Virus record (IMG/VR): IMGVR_UViG_3300023174_008763
From: an uncultured virus (IMG/VR IMGVR_UViG_3300023174_008763)
Taxonomy: Duplodnaviria; Heunggongvirae; Uroviricota; Caudoviricetes
DNA length: 64,000 bases
Direction: 5' to 3' (one strand)
The translations under genes were made by a program, and so were the position numbers. Positions 20,598 through 30,891 of the stretch are shown here, piece after piece (the first letter of the stretch is position 1; the number at the start of each line of letters is the position of its first letter). The notes under the pieces were generated by a model. The model made no database searches. It was not told the DNA's origin and saw nothing but the letters and a program-made list of their open reading frames with translations.

Positions 20598-21669
20598 AAT
20601 TATTTATTACATTTACAATGTGTGTTTTATTTTCTTTAGTTAGCCACCAACCAACGGGAATGCTCAATTGGTTACTTGCGAAATAGTCGGTATTGGGTAA
20701 ATTTGTTTTAAAATTATCAAATACAGAATGGGCGTCATTTCTACTATGGACTTGGGAAGCTGATATTCCATTTTCAAATAAATATTTATTAAAGTGATCT
20801 CTGTTTTCTGGAATTAGTAAAGTATAAAGCCACCATTGGCATTGTTTATCGAAAGGTGGCTTGATTATATATTTATTGTTTATATTTTTTTCAAAATATT
20901 TTGCATTATATAAATGTTTTTTCTGATTTTTAACAGCTAAATTTATATTTTCTAGACCAATTGCTGCGTCTACATCTGTTGTCTGAAATTTGAACCCAAG
21001 ATATTGTGCGTTTTGAGCACATCTGAAATCCGCACTTGCTTCTCGATCTAAGCTAAACCATCTTCTAAGTTTTGCTTCTTTGTATTTTTCTTCAGGCACC
21101 ATTAAAAATCCACCATCACAAGTGGTAAGAAATTTAATCGCTTGAGTGCTCCAGCATATATAGTCTCCACAATTGTCATTATCTACATATAAGCAATGAG
21201 CGGCGTCTTGAATAACAGGAATATTAAATTGTTTCAATTTATTGTAATTACAATATCTCCCGCACCAATCTACAGCAATAATGGCTTTTGTTTTTGAATT
21301 TATTTTTTTTTCTACATCTTCTGGGTCAATTAATCCAGTAATAGGATCAATATCAGCCCAAACAATTTTAGCAAAATGTGCAAGAATTGGATGATTTGTG
21401 GCAAGACAAGTTTGTGGCGTGGTTATCACTTCATCGCCAGGTTTTACATCACATAATGTTAAAGCTAAACTAATTGCACTTGTGCATGAATTGACCATTA
21501 ATGGTTTTGTTTTGGTGTGCAGAAGTTCAAAAAATTTATTTTCAAATTCTTTTACTAAAGGGCCTTCGCCGCAATATATCATTCCTTGATCATTTGGTTC
21601 TAGAACTTTTTTTACTTTTTTATGAGCATTTTTACTCATAGCCACTTTAAATAAAGGAATTGAATTCAT
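20581..21669 (-). CDS. DegT/DnrJ/EryC1/StrS sugar aminotransferase
   Basis: NSCTSAISLAL, GDEVITTP, IQDAAH, STQAIKFLTTCDGG (PLP lysine present). Confidence 0.9.
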   Translation of the reverse strand: MNSIPLFKVAMSKNAHKKVKKVLEPNDQGMIYCGEGPLVKEFENKFFELLHTKTKPLMVNSCTSAISLALTLCDVKPGDEVITTPQTCLATNHPILAHFAKIVWADIDPITGLIDPEDVEKKINSKTKAIIAVDWCGRYCNYNKLKQFNIPVIQDAAHCLYVDNDNCGDYICWSTQAIKFLTTCDGGFLMVPEEKYKEAKLRRWFSLDREASADFRCAQNAQYLGFKFQTTDVDAAIGLENINLAVKNQKKHLYNAKYFEKNINNKYIIKPPFDKQCQWWLYTLLIPENRDHFNKYLFENGISASQVHSRNDAHSVFDNFKTNLPNTDYFASNQLSIPVGWWLTKENKTHIVNVINNYDISK

Positions 21670-21688
21670 ATATAAATTTTACAATAAT

Positions 21689-22573
21689 TTATCTTCTTAG
21701 AATATATTTTATTTTTTTCCATTTATTATCTTCTAAATAAAATTGAACTGTATCAGAACAGATACTTAAATTTTCAGTAGGTATATTTTTAAAAAATAGT
21801 TCTGGATAATACACATTTGCATTTCCTAAATATGCTGGCCATCTAGAAAAATTAGATTGACTAATTATTAAATTTTGTGCCCCAAGCATAAAATTAAAAG
21901 AATCAATTACATTACCATCATAAAAATCTACGTTTTTACATATTGTTCTATTTTTTATTGAGGAAAACCATGTTTTTACCCAGGGTATATCGTCAGTTAC
22001 AAAAACAACAAAATTATTTCCTGCTTGATTTATTGCATTTATATAATAATTTGTATGACACAAGTCAATAAATGACCAATGAGCAGTTGGCCAATCTGTT
22101 CTTCTAACATGAACAACTGTAATATTTTTATCTAAATTGAATGGGCTTAAATTAAGACAATTTTTTATATCTTCTTTATAATTTGACCAGCTTCTTGTAT
22201 CAAAATTATAACCCAATAGTCTATTTATTCTATTATTGTCTACACTATTTTTGAAGTTTAAATAATTATCATTATTTGTAACCATAATATTATTAATATA
22301 TTTATTTTCAAAATTTGGCTGATGATATTCTAAATTATTGATTTTAAAAAGATTCACCATTTCTTGGTCTTTAAAAATTTCAATCCAGCCTGTCACATCT
22401 TTGGCTGGCCTTATAGAATTTTCAGGAACGTTGACATTAAAATCTATCCAATTTTCAATATTAATTATAAAATAATCTAAATCAAAAATTTTACTAAATG
22501 AGTATAAAGAAGCAAAATTTTGTAATCCTTCGCCTAATCCACCAGATAAATTGGTAACACAAATGGGTTTCAT
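21689..22573 (-). CDS. Alpha-1,2-fucosyltransferase-like (GT11)
   Basis: GGLGE, VHVRRTD, YY..AI, FVTDD, SNFSRWPAYL motifs. Confidence 0.75.
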   Translation of the reverse strand: MKPICVTNLSGGLGEGLQNFASLYSFSKIFDLDYFIINIENWIDFNVNVPENSIRPAKDVTGWIEIFKDQEMVNLFKINNLEYHQPNFENKYINNIMVTNNDNYLNFKNSVDNNRINRLLGYNFDTRSWSNYKEDIKNCLNLSPFNLDKNITVVHVRRTDWPTAHWSFIDLCHTNYYINAINQAGNNFVVFVTDDIPWVKTWFSSIKNRTICKNVDFYDGNVIDSFNFMLGAQNLIISQSNFSRWPAYLGNANVYYPELFFKNIPTENLSICSDTVQFYLEDNKWKKIKYILRR

Positions 22574-22595
22574 AATTTTTTGTACAATATAAATT

Positions 22596-23738
22596 ATGTT
22601 TTCAAAAATTCCTTTAGTTAAAAACACTATTAGCAACGAAGAAATAGATTTATTATCTGATTGGCTTAAAAATTATCCAAAACTCACACAAGGAAATTTA
22701 GTTAAAGAATTTGAAAACAAATGGTCGCAATATATTGGCGTAAAAGAATCTGTTTTTGTTAATAGCGGAAGTTCAGCATTATTACTTTCTTATTATGTAC
22801 TTTCATTAATGAATTTAAAAAACAAAAATGTAATTGTTCCAGGTTTATGTTGGGCTACAGATCTTGCTCCATTATTTCAATTGGGGTTTAATCCAATTTT
22901 GTGTGATTGTAATCTTGAAGATTTATCTTTAGATTTAGATCACTTGGAAAATTTAATAAAAAAACATAACCCTTCAATAGTAAATTTAGTTTCTGTATTA
23001 GGTTTAGTGCCTGATATGAATAAAATTTTAGAATTAAAAGAAAAATATGATTTTTATTTATTAGAAGATGTCTGTGAATCATTTGGATCAAAATTTGAAA
23101 ATAAAAATTTAGGAAGTTTTGGTGATATTTCTGTTTATAGTTTATATTATGGCCATCATTTATCAACCATTGAAGGCGGCATGATTTGCACAAGCAATGA
23201 ACAAATTTGTGATTTTTTGAGAATGGGGCGATCTCATGGATGGGATCGTGAATTATCACAAGAAAAACAACAAAATTTTAGAAATAAATATGGTATAGAT
23301 GATTTTTCAGCTTCTTATACATTTTATATTCCAGGATTTAATTTAAGGGCCACTGATTTACAAGCAAAAATAGGAATTGAACAGCTTAAAAAAGCTGATT
23401 ATGTCATTAAAAAAAGAAATGAAAATTTTATTTATCTTCATCAAAATTCTAAATTGGAATGGAGTCCAATTTTAAAAGACAACACTTTTGTTTCTAATTT
23501 TTGTTTTCCTGTAATATCATTCAATAAGCAAAATATTGTTGAAAAATTAATAAATAAAAATGTAGAAACAAGACCGTTAATATGTGGATCAATGGGCAAA
23601 CAACCATTCTACTCAAACATATATGGAAAAATAAATCTAAAAAATTGTGATTTTGTAGATAAATATGGACTTTATGTACCAAATAATCCAGATTTATCCA
23701 AAGAAGAACTAGATATTATACTTGATTGTTTACAATAA
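22596..23738 (+). CDS. GDP-4-keto-6-deoxy-D-mannose 3-dehydratase (ColD-like, DegT family)
   Basis: VNSGSSA, LEDVCES, SLYYGHHLSTIEGG (His in place of the PLP lysine), RSHGW, GFNLR. Confidence 0.8.
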   Translation: MFSKIPLVKNTISNEEIDLLSDWLKNYPKLTQGNLVKEFENKWSQYIGVKESVFVNSGSSALLLSYYVLSLMNLKNKNVIVPGLCWATDLAPLFQLGFNPILCDCNLEDLSLDLDHLENLIKKHNPSIVNLVSVLGLVPDMNKILELKEKYDFYLLEDVCESFGSKFENKNLGSFGDISVYSLYYGHHLSTIEGGMICTSNEQICDFLRMGRSHGWDRELSQEKQQNFRNKYGIDDFSASYTFYIPGFNLRATDLQAKIGIEQLKKADYVIKKRNENFIYLHQNSKLEWSPILKDNTFVSNFCFPVISFNKQNIVEKLINKNVETRPLICGSMGKQPFYSNIYGKINLKNCDFVDKYGLYVPNNPDLSKEELDIILDCLQ

Positions 23739-24497
23739 TATTTTAAATTTTTCTGGAATAAGTGTGATGCCGTATTGCATTGGGCGATCAAACCATTCTT
23801 GTTTTAATTTTTCATCTTGTAAAAAAACATGATGGGCGCATTGTCCAGGATTTGGCCCTGAGGCGGGATGCCAATTTTTATTTTCGGTCATGACAGCCCT
23901 CCTGGTATTGCAAATATTAAAATCAAAAAGATGTAAGTGTATGTTGTAAAGATCTGAATCTCTTTCAACATCTGGACTATTCGTATGAAATCCTGCACTA
24001 TACCAGTCTACAGGTTTTCTGATTATAACCATTTTGTCTTCTTGACCAGGATCTTTAAACCAATATTTTCTTTGAGATAAAATATTTTTACTATAGTCGT
24101 AGTTAGTTTCTGTATTAATTTCTTGAAAAACATTCCATCCACTTACTTTAATATAATCTTGTGTATTTTTGAACAAATAATCTTTCAAATCTTTGTATTT
24201 TTCTGGATCGGGTATAAAATATTGATCTGCTTCAGCAAATATTACAACATCATATTTTTCTAATAATTGTTTTTGTATATTTAATATAACCTGCACATGT
24301 TCTCCAACATCAGCATGATATTTTGCTTTATAATTTATAAAATTTACTTCGCTGTTAAAAAGCTTAAATGATGTATCAGATTCTATATCGCCAATGGCGT
24401 ATAAATTTTCAAAACCGAAAAGATCGCCATAATATTTTTGCCATAAATTTGTAAAAAAATATTCACGATAAAACAGACTGATAACAGCAACTTTCAT
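23730..24497 (-). CDS. Putative glycosyltransferase (GT2-like)
   Basis: LLEKYDVVIFAEADQYFIPDP, WYSAGFH. Confidence 0.6.
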   Translation of the reverse strand: MKVAVISLFYREYFFTNLWQKYYGDLFGFENLYAIGDIESDTSFKLFNSEVNFINYKAKYHADVGEHVQVILNIQKQLLEKYDVVIFAEADQYFIPDPEKYKDLKDYLFKNTQDYIKVSGWNVFQEINTETNYDYSKNILSQRKYWFKDPGQEDKMVIIRKPVDWYSAGFHTNSPDVERDSDLYNIHLHLFDFNICNTRRAVMTENKNWHPASGPNPGQCAHHVFLQDEKLKQEWFDRPMQYGITLIPEKFKILL

Positions 24498-24537
24498 ATT
24501 TTTTTTATACAACTATTTAAATGTATAATATTATTAA

Positions 24538-25515
24538 ATGAATCAATTACTTAACAATGGCGTTTTTACTGCTTCGGCACCTTTAAGAATTTCTATCGCC
24601 GGTGGAGGAACAGATTTGCCAGAATATTTTTCGAAACATGGCGGTTATTGGATTTCTTTATCAATAGACAAAACGGTTTCTGTTGTACTTCATAAAAATA
24701 TTGAAAAAAAATTTTTTGTTCATTACAAAAATAATGAAGTATGCGATGACGTTGAATCTATAAAACATCCAATAATAAGAGAAATGTTAAAAAATTTTAA
24801 TATACAAGAAACATTAAGCATTCATTCGGTTTCTGAACTTTCAGGAAACTCAGGCCTTGGAAGTTCTTCTACTTTTGCTCTTTGTTTAGCTCAATGTTTG
24901 TCAAAAATTAGCAATCAATATATTTCAAATTTACCAGATTATGTTTATAATTTTGAAAGAAATATTTTGAATGAATTTGTTGGGAAACAAGATTCTTGGT
25001 CTGCATTCGTTGGAGGTTTAAAGATTTATAAAGCTGATATAAATGGAAATATATCTATTGAAAATTTATGCAATCCAATCGAAATTAATCATTTATGTGA
25101 TCATATGCTTTTAGTTAAAGCTGGCAAACAAAGGTTAGCAAATGATATTTTAAAAACTCAGGCATTTAATTTATCTAACAATATTGAATTTGAAAATAAA
25201 TTTCATAAAACAAAAGAAATAGCATATAAAATAACCGATTTAATAAAACAAGTAGATATTGTTAGATTTGGCGAGTTAGTAGACAAACATTGGCAAAATA
25301 AAATGAATACTTTTAATAATAATTTTGATTCGGAAGTTTTTGAAGTTTACAATTTATTAAAAAAAGAAAATGCAATAGGAGCAAAATTATGTGGTGCAGG
25401 AAATTCCGGTTTTATGTTAGCGGTTTTCAAAAATACTGAAGATTTAAATAGATTTATTAAAAACAATAATGTGACATGTGTAAAAATTAAACCCCATTTT
25501 TTGGGCATTAAATAA
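24538..25515 (+). CDS. hddA: D-glycero-D-manno-heptose-7-phosphate kinase (GHMP), copy 1
   Basis: APLRISIAGGGTD, SGLGSS, GKQD, GAKLCGAGNSGF. Confidence 0.8.
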   Translation: MNQLLNNGVFTASAPLRISIAGGGTDLPEYFSKHGGYWISLSIDKTVSVVLHKNIEKKFFVHYKNNEVCDDVESIKHPIIREMLKNFNIQETLSIHSVSELSGNSGLGSSSTFALCLAQCLSKISNQYISNLPDYVYNFERNILNEFVGKQDSWSAFVGGLKIYKADINGNISIENLCNPIEINHLCDHMLLVKAGKQRLANDILKTQAFNLSNNIEFENKFHKTKEIAYKITDLIKQVDIVRFGELVDKHWQNKMNTFNNNFDSEVFEVYNLLKKENAIGAKLCGAGNSGFMLAVFKNTEDLNRFIKNNNVTCVKIKPHFLGIK

Positions 25516-25535
25516 ATATCGTGTACAAATAAAAC

Positions 25536-26222
25536 ATGTCAAAAATTCAATTATACTGTGATACAGGAAATTTAGAGGAACTAAAAAGATATTCAAATGA
25601 TATTCGTTTTTCTGGTTTCACAACAAACCCAAGCCTAATTGCAAAAGAAATTGGAAATAAATCTTATCTAGAAACTGTTAAAGAAATTCTTGAAATCTTG
25701 CCGAAACTCGATCCGGTTAGTTTTGAAGTGGTTAGTATAGATGCAAATGAAATGTATAGACAAGCTGTATTGCTGTCTGATTTAGCACCAAATGTTTATG
25801 TAAAAGTTCCAATTGTAAACCCAGATGGAAGCAATAATTCTTCGTTAATTAATAAATTAATTTGGAATAATGTAAAGCTTAATGTCACTTGTATTGGTTG
25901 CTCTTCACAAATTACAGCAATTGAAGATTCAAAAAATGTTATATTGTCAGTTTTTGCTGGCAGAATTCAAGACACACTTCAAGATGCTGAATCCGTATGT
26001 TCAAGTGTAAAATATGACCATCCAAATTCTAAAGTATTATGGGCTTCGGTGAGAGAGTTGTATAATATTAAACAAGCAGAACGATGTGGTTGTGATATTA
26101 TTACCGTTCCTACACAATTTATATCTAAATTTAATTGGTTTGAATATTCTTTAGATGACATATCTAGATTGTCTTCTGAACAATTTTACAACGATGCAGT
26201 AAAGGCTGGACTATCTCTATGA
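25536..26222 (+). CDS. tal: Transaldolase
   Basis: GFTTNPSL, VYVKVP (Schiff-base Lys), LNVT, SVFAGRI, LWASVRE. Confidence 0.88.
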   Translation: MSKIQLYCDTGNLEELKRYSNDIRFSGFTTNPSLIAKEIGNKSYLETVKEILEILPKLDPVSFEVVSIDANEMYRQAVLLSDLAPNVYVKVPIVNPDGSNNSSLINKLIWNNVKLNVTCIGCSSQITAIEDSKNVILSVFAGRIQDTLQDAESVCSSVKYDHPNSKVLWASVRELYNIKQAERCGCDIITVPTQFISKFNWFEYSLDDISRLSSEQFYNDAVKAGLSL

Positions 26223-26770
26223 AATATCAAGATTATTTAAAAGCAACACAAGAATGTATTGATCAAGTAAGCGAAGAAACTATTGAAGAATTTATTCAAT
26301 ATTTACAAAGAGCAAAAGATGAAGGTGGAAGATTATTTTTTATTGGCGTGGGTGGATCGGCAGCTAATTGTTCACACGCAGTAAATGATTTTAGAAAAAT
26401 CGGAAATATTGACGCACTCACACCGCTTGATAATGTTTCAGAGTTGACAGCTTATATTAATGATTTAAATTTTGAAGATTGTATAGCAAAATCATTAGAA
26501 ACAAGTAGATTTGGCTGGAATGATACTTTAATTGTCTTTAGTGTAGGAGGGGGTTCAGAAAATACTTCTAAAAATATTGTTAAAGCAATTGACTACGCTA
26601 AAAAACAAGGTTCCCCAATTTTAGGAATTGTGTCAAGAGATGGTGGATACACAAAAAAACATGCTGATGTATGTATTCATTTTTGCCCGTCTGACCCATC
26701 AATGATCACTCCGATTGCTGAGAGTTTACAAGTTGTTTTTTGGCATTACATGGTGAATAAAATATGTTGA
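26219..26770 (+). CDS. gmhA: Sedoheptulose-7-phosphate isomerase (SIS), copy 1
   Basis: GVGGSAANCSHAVNDFRK, SELTAYIND, FSVGGG, AESLQ..WH. Confidence 0.8.
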   Translation: MKYQDYLKATQECIDQVSEETIEEFIQYLQRAKDEGGRLFFIGVGGSAANCSHAVNDFRKIGNIDALTPLDNVSELTAYINDLNFEDCIAKSLETSRFGWNDTLIVFSVGGGSENTSKNIVKAIDYAKKQGSPILGIVSRDGGYTKKHADVCIHFCPSDPSMITPIAESLQVVFWHYMVNKIC

Positions 26771-26779
26771 AATAATACA

Positions 26780-27694
26780 TTAATTTAATAAAAATAAATT
26801 TTCTTCTATTGTTTTTCTTACGGCATCCAAAGAATTAAATTTTGGATGCCAATTTTTATTTTTCATTTTTTCATTATCAAGTTTAATTTGAGGAACATCG
26901 CCAACCCAACCAATTGGTTCCAATCCATAGTTGATTTTTGTTTTTGTTTCACATATTCTTACTATTTCATCAACTATTTCTTTTACTGTTATTGTATCGT
27001 TAGAAGATAAATTATAAAAATTTAATTTTTCATTTGTATTTAATGCGATATCAATCGCTGATAATATATCTTCTATATGTATATAAGATTTTTTTTGAGT
27101 TCCGTTGCCAAGTATATTAATTTCTTTAGGGTTTGATTTAATTTTTAATAAAACATCATAAATTAATCCATGTGTTAGACCTGGGCCAACAATATTGCCT
27201 GGTCTAAAAATAGTAGAATTTAAATTACAAGAATTACAAAATGCAGATATAAAAGCTTCGCAAGAAATTTTTGCTGCAGCATACATAGATGGACAGTTTA
27301 TATTAAGAAAATCTTCTTTTTGTTCAAGTAAACTTTCTGGGTTTCCGTAAACACCTGAACCAGAAAAATAAATATATTGATCTACATTATATTTTTCGCA
27401 CATGTCAAGTAAATTTAAATTTACTTGAGGAGATAATTCGAAATCAATAAATCTATTTTCAGATGAAATTTTAATATCTGCATTTGCAATTAAATTAATA
27501 ACTTTTTTGGGTTTATATGTAGAAAAAAAATTATTAAGATCTTCAGAATTTCTAGCATCTCCCAAAAAGTAATTCAAACGAGAAGCTTTTCTAGACGCAT
27601 TGCTGTTATTATCAAAAATAACAGAATTTTTATATTGTTTAGATATATTATTGCCGACAAAACCGAGCCCACCAAAAATAGATAAATTTTCCAA
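26780..27694 (-). CDS. NAD-dependent epimerase/dehydratase
   Basis: GGLGFVG, YAAAK, NIVGP, LGNGTQKKSYIHIED, GWVGDVP. Confidence 0.88.
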   Translation of the reverse strand: MENLSIFGGLGFVGNNISKQYKNSVIFDNNSNASRKASRLNYFLGDARNSEDLNNFFSTYKPKKVINLIANADIKISSENRFIDFELSPQVNLNLLDMCEKYNVDQYIYFSGSGVYGNPESLLEQKEDFLNINCPSMYAAAKISCEAFISAFCNSCNLNSTIFRPGNIVGPGLTHGLIYDVLLKIKSNPKEINILGNGTQKKSYIHIEDILSAIDIALNTNEKLNFYNLSSNDTITVKEIVDEIVRICETKTKINYGLEPIGWVGDVPQIKLDNEKMKNKNWHPKFNSLDAVRKTIEENLFLLN

Positions 27695-27701
27695 AATTAT
27701 A

Positions 27702-28298
27702 TCATCTCCAATAATCTTTTTTTAAAACTAAATGAACATCTGATAATTTTGACATATCATAAATATCATATGTAGAAATATCAAAATATTGTTCAGCCTT
27801 TTGTTTAAAATTTTTATGCCAACTAGTGCCTAAATTATTCATCCCATAGCAATCATGAAATTCAATTGAAAATTGTTTGGATATTGTTAAATCAATATTT
27901 TGTAATATTTCATATTCAGACCCTTCTATATCAATTTTAATAAGCTCGAATTGTTTGATATTGAATTGCTTCATAATATCTGGTATTGATATGCAATGAA
28001 CAAAAACTATCTCTCTAACCGTATCATGCTTATTAGTATCATAAAAAGATGCAGAAGTATCATTTTTATAAATAAAAAATTCTTTTATACCTGAATAATC
28101 TGAAGTTACTGCTTTATTATAAAATTTGATTTTGTTTGGATAATATTTGATTACTGGATTAGGATCAAATGATAAAATATTTTTGCAGTATTGATTAACT
28201 CTACAAGCAAAATTGAAATTTAATGAACCTAAATCTAAAATCCAACCATCTTTATCAATTAAATTTTCGTCTAATGTGTGTTCATCTATTACAATCAT
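27702..28298 (-). CDS. FkbM family methyltransferase
   Basis: ILDLGS, LIKIDIEGSEYEIL, QFSIEFH. Confidence 0.8.
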   Translation of the reverse strand: MIVIDEHTLDENLIDKDGWILDLGSLNFNFACRVNQYCKNILSFDPNPVIKYYPNKIKFYNKAVTSDYSGIKEFFIYKNDTSASFYDTNKHDTVREIVFVHCISIPDIMKQFNIKQFELIKIDIEGSEYEILQNIDLTISKQFSIEFHDCYGMNNLGTSWHKNFKQKAEQYFDISTYDIYDMSKLSDVHLVLKKDYWR

Positions 28299-28314
28299 AA
28301 ATTCTTTATACAAA

Positions 28315-29445
28315 TTAATATATTCTGAAAAAAAATAAACCAAAATTATTTGCACATTCTTCATCACAATCTGAATCTCCATAAAAAATAGATAATGGGC
28401 TAATTTGTATTCTTTTAGATGCTTTATCAAGCATGCCTGTTTTTGGTTTTCTACATTCGCAATCAAATCTTAAATTATCAAATACATCATTCATATATGG
28501 TACGTTTTTATGTAAACAAGAATGTGTAAATAAAACATTGTATCCGTTTTTAATTAAAAATTCTCTAGCCTTTTCATTCATAATATTTATTTGTGATAAT
28601 TTGGCTTCGTTTTTAACTTTTGCTGGTTGATTTGTAATAATCACGCAATTCGACTTAGGCAATGATGATAAAATTTCATGATGTGGTTCAAAATTCATCT
28701 TTTTGTAAATTTCTGTATCAAATTTATTAATAGTTCCATCTCTATCAATAAAATTATATTTTTGTAATGTTTTAAATTTGTAAAATTCATCATTAACATA
28801 TTTTAAATCATCTTTTGTATTAATTTGATAGTAGTTTGCGTTTGCGTAATGAACAGAATCTCCAATTCTTAATAAAAAAAATGAAGAAAAATTTTTAATT
28901 GAAAGGTTTATCGGTCCAAAACTTGATAAACCTTGAACATATTCTGAAATACATGATTTTGACATAATTGAAATGCCATGATCAACATAATTTCTATATA
29001 AACTGCCTATTTTCCCATCACCATCAATATGAAAATTACTTGATTCACTTCCTGCGTTAGAAACGGACAGCATACTATCTTGCCCTGATTCAATGAATTG
29101 CCAATACATAAATTCTAAATCACAAAAAGCAATTGAATCGCCATAAGTTACAAAAAAAATTTCATCTAGCCAAGGTTTTGCATTCACCAAAGCTGCCCAT
29201 GTGCCACAGTTTTCTTCTGGGTCCAAAGAATATGTATATTGTATGTTTTGAGTGTTAAGCCAATCTAATATATCTTTATAATAATAGCCCAAACAAAAAT
29301 GAAATTTATTGACATTTTGGTTTAAAAATTCATTCACAATATAATATAATATGGGTTTGCCACATACACATGATAAACATTTTGCTGTATTAGAGCCAAG
29401 CCTTGTGCCTTTACCTCCTGCAAAAACCACCACTTGTTCAATCAT
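28315..29445 (-). CDS. Fused sugar-phosphate nucleotidyltransferase (HddC-like) and heptose bisphosphate phosphatase (GmhB-like)
   Basis: N-term AGGKGTRL..K, YGDS; C-term FIDRDGTIN, ITNQ, CECRKPKTGM, YGDSDCD. Confidence 0.85.
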   Translation of the reverse strand: MIEQVVVFAGGKGTRLGSNTAKCLSCVCGKPILYYIVNEFLNQNVNKFHFCLGYYYKDILDWLNTQNIQYTYSLDPEENCGTWAALVNAKPWLDEIFFVTYGDSIAFCDLEFMYWQFIESGQDSMLSVSNAGSESSNFHIDGDGKIGSLYRNYVDHGISIMSKSCISEYVQGLSSFGPINLSIKNFSSFFLLRIGDSVHYANANYYQINTKDDLKYVNDEFYKFKTLQKYNFIDRDGTINKFDTEIYKKMNFEPHHEILSSLPKSNCVIITNQPAKVKNEAKLSQINIMNEKAREFLIKNGYNVLFTHSCLHKNVPYMNDVFDNLRFDCECRKPKTGMLDKASKRIQISPLSIFYGDSDCDEECANNFGLFFFRIY

Positions 29446-30119
29446 TGTATTGTATTTCTCCATATTATTTGAGTGACAGGAACAGAGAACGTATTGCTTA
29501 AAGATCTAACGGTGGCACCCCACAATCTCTCGCTTAAACATCCTAATTTTCTTACATTTCCATAACCGCCATCAAGAAAATCAAATTCATAATTTTCTTG
29601 CTCAAAAAGTTTTAATAAATTTTCTCTGAAAATCAATTTTGCTTTTTCATATATTTCTGACTTGCATATAAAAGAATTACAATAAACAATTTGTTCGTTT
29701 AGAACTTTTGGATCTATGTTTGACATTTCTAAATATGCATTGATATATTTATCCATACCTACGTGATAATTTTTTGCTTGATTAATCCAATTTTTTTGAC
29801 TAATTACTATAGGCGTGAGATCTGCATCATAAAAATCTAAAGTGTTTAATTTATGCTGTAAAATATTCGTGGCTTCTTGGCCAAATTTGTCAGTTAAACT
29901 AGCCGAGCAAAATCCAACATATTCAGAATTATAATTTAAATCAACTAAATGTATTCTATACTCTTGAATATAGTTCCACAATTTATAATATTTTTCTTCT
30001 AAAACTAAATCATTTAATTTTGTAAAATCACCGGGTACTAAAAATTGATTTTTTGTTTCAAGATCAATATGCCATAATTTATATAATTTAATTTTATTCA
30101 TATTTTTAAATATCTCCAT
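29442..30119 (-). CDS. Hypothetical protein (possible glycosyltransferase)
   Basis: YVGF, YCNSFI, LSERL motifs; lies in the sugar island. Confidence 0.5.
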   Translation of the reverse strand: MEIFKNMNKIKLYKLWHIDLETKNQFLVPGDFTKLNDLVLEEKYYKLWNYIQEYRIHLVDLNYNSEYVGFCSASLTDKFGQEATNILQHKLNTLDFYDADLTPIVISQKNWINQAKNYHVGMDKYINAYLEMSNIDPKVLNEQIVYCNSFICKSEIYEKAKLIFRENLLKLFEQENYEFDFLDGGYGNVRKLGCLSERLWGATVRSLSNTFSVPVTQIIWRNTIQ

Positions 30120-30888
30120 TGTTCATTAAATTCAAATAATAATTCAGTTCTTCAGAAACATCTTTAGCTTTTGATTTAAATAATTCAATGTCATCATAGC
30201 AATCTCGCTCACATAAAAAACCTTTTGAAAAATTGTTTTTTTCTTCTGTGTAAGAGCGGTAGTGTTCCCAGCCTTGCATGCCAATTTTATCATTTCTTGG
30301 AATTTTATTTTGTATTTGTAATTTTCTATTAATCATATATTGATTAAATGGTGCTAGATTAAAATATAAAATAATAAATTTATCTGATTGAGGTTTATTC
30401 CCAAAATGTCTGCCAGATGGGTATTCTATTGTGTGATTATGAAGGCAACGCATGTTTCTAACATTCCAATCTTTATAATGTACAGCAAAATTTAAATACT
30501 CATATATAGGTTTTTCTTTAGGGGGATAAAACTCCAATCTGTCATCTACAAAATACAAACAGTGCATATAATGTTCTGAAGGTGTAGAATTATCTTTTAA
30601 AACAGAAAAATCACCTACTAAAAATTCTGTAACACAAAGTGCAATTTTCCATCCATTTATTTTTTTTTCAATATTTTTAACTTCTTCATTAATTCCATAT
30701 GCAGAAAATTCTTCATATTCTGTATTAATAATTTCCCAATCTGGGCAAATCTCTTTAATTATTTCTACAGATTTATCTGTAGAATGATAATTGATTAAAA
30801 TACCATGATCAAAATATTTTTTATGATGCTTTAACCAGAACGGTAACAAATATTCTTCGTTATAAAAATGTGAAATTACAGTTTTCAT
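30106..30888 (-). CDS. Glycosyltransferase family 2-like
   Basis: HFYNEEYLLPFWLKHH..FDHGILINYHSTD, TEFL, GRH. Confidence 0.75.
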   Translation of the reverse strand: MKTVISHFYNEEYLLPFWLKHHKKYFDHGILINYHSTDKSVEIIKEICPDWEIINTEYEEFSAYGINEEVKNIEKKINGWKIALCVTEFLVGDFSVLKDNSTPSEHYMHCLYFVDDRLEFYPPKEKPIYEYLNFAVHYKDWNVRNMRCLHNHTIEYPSGRHFGNKPQSDKFIILYFNLAPFNQYMINRKLQIQNKIPRNDKIGMQGWEHYRSYTEEKNNFSKGFLCERDCYDDIELFKSKAKDVSEELNYYLNLMNNGDI

Positions 30889-30891
30889 TAT

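Noticed and set aside
26607..26616. Match of the orphan omega-RNA guide (aaggttcccc) inside gmhA copy 1
   Set aside because: Only 10 nt, not covering the guide's 5' seed; plausible by chance.
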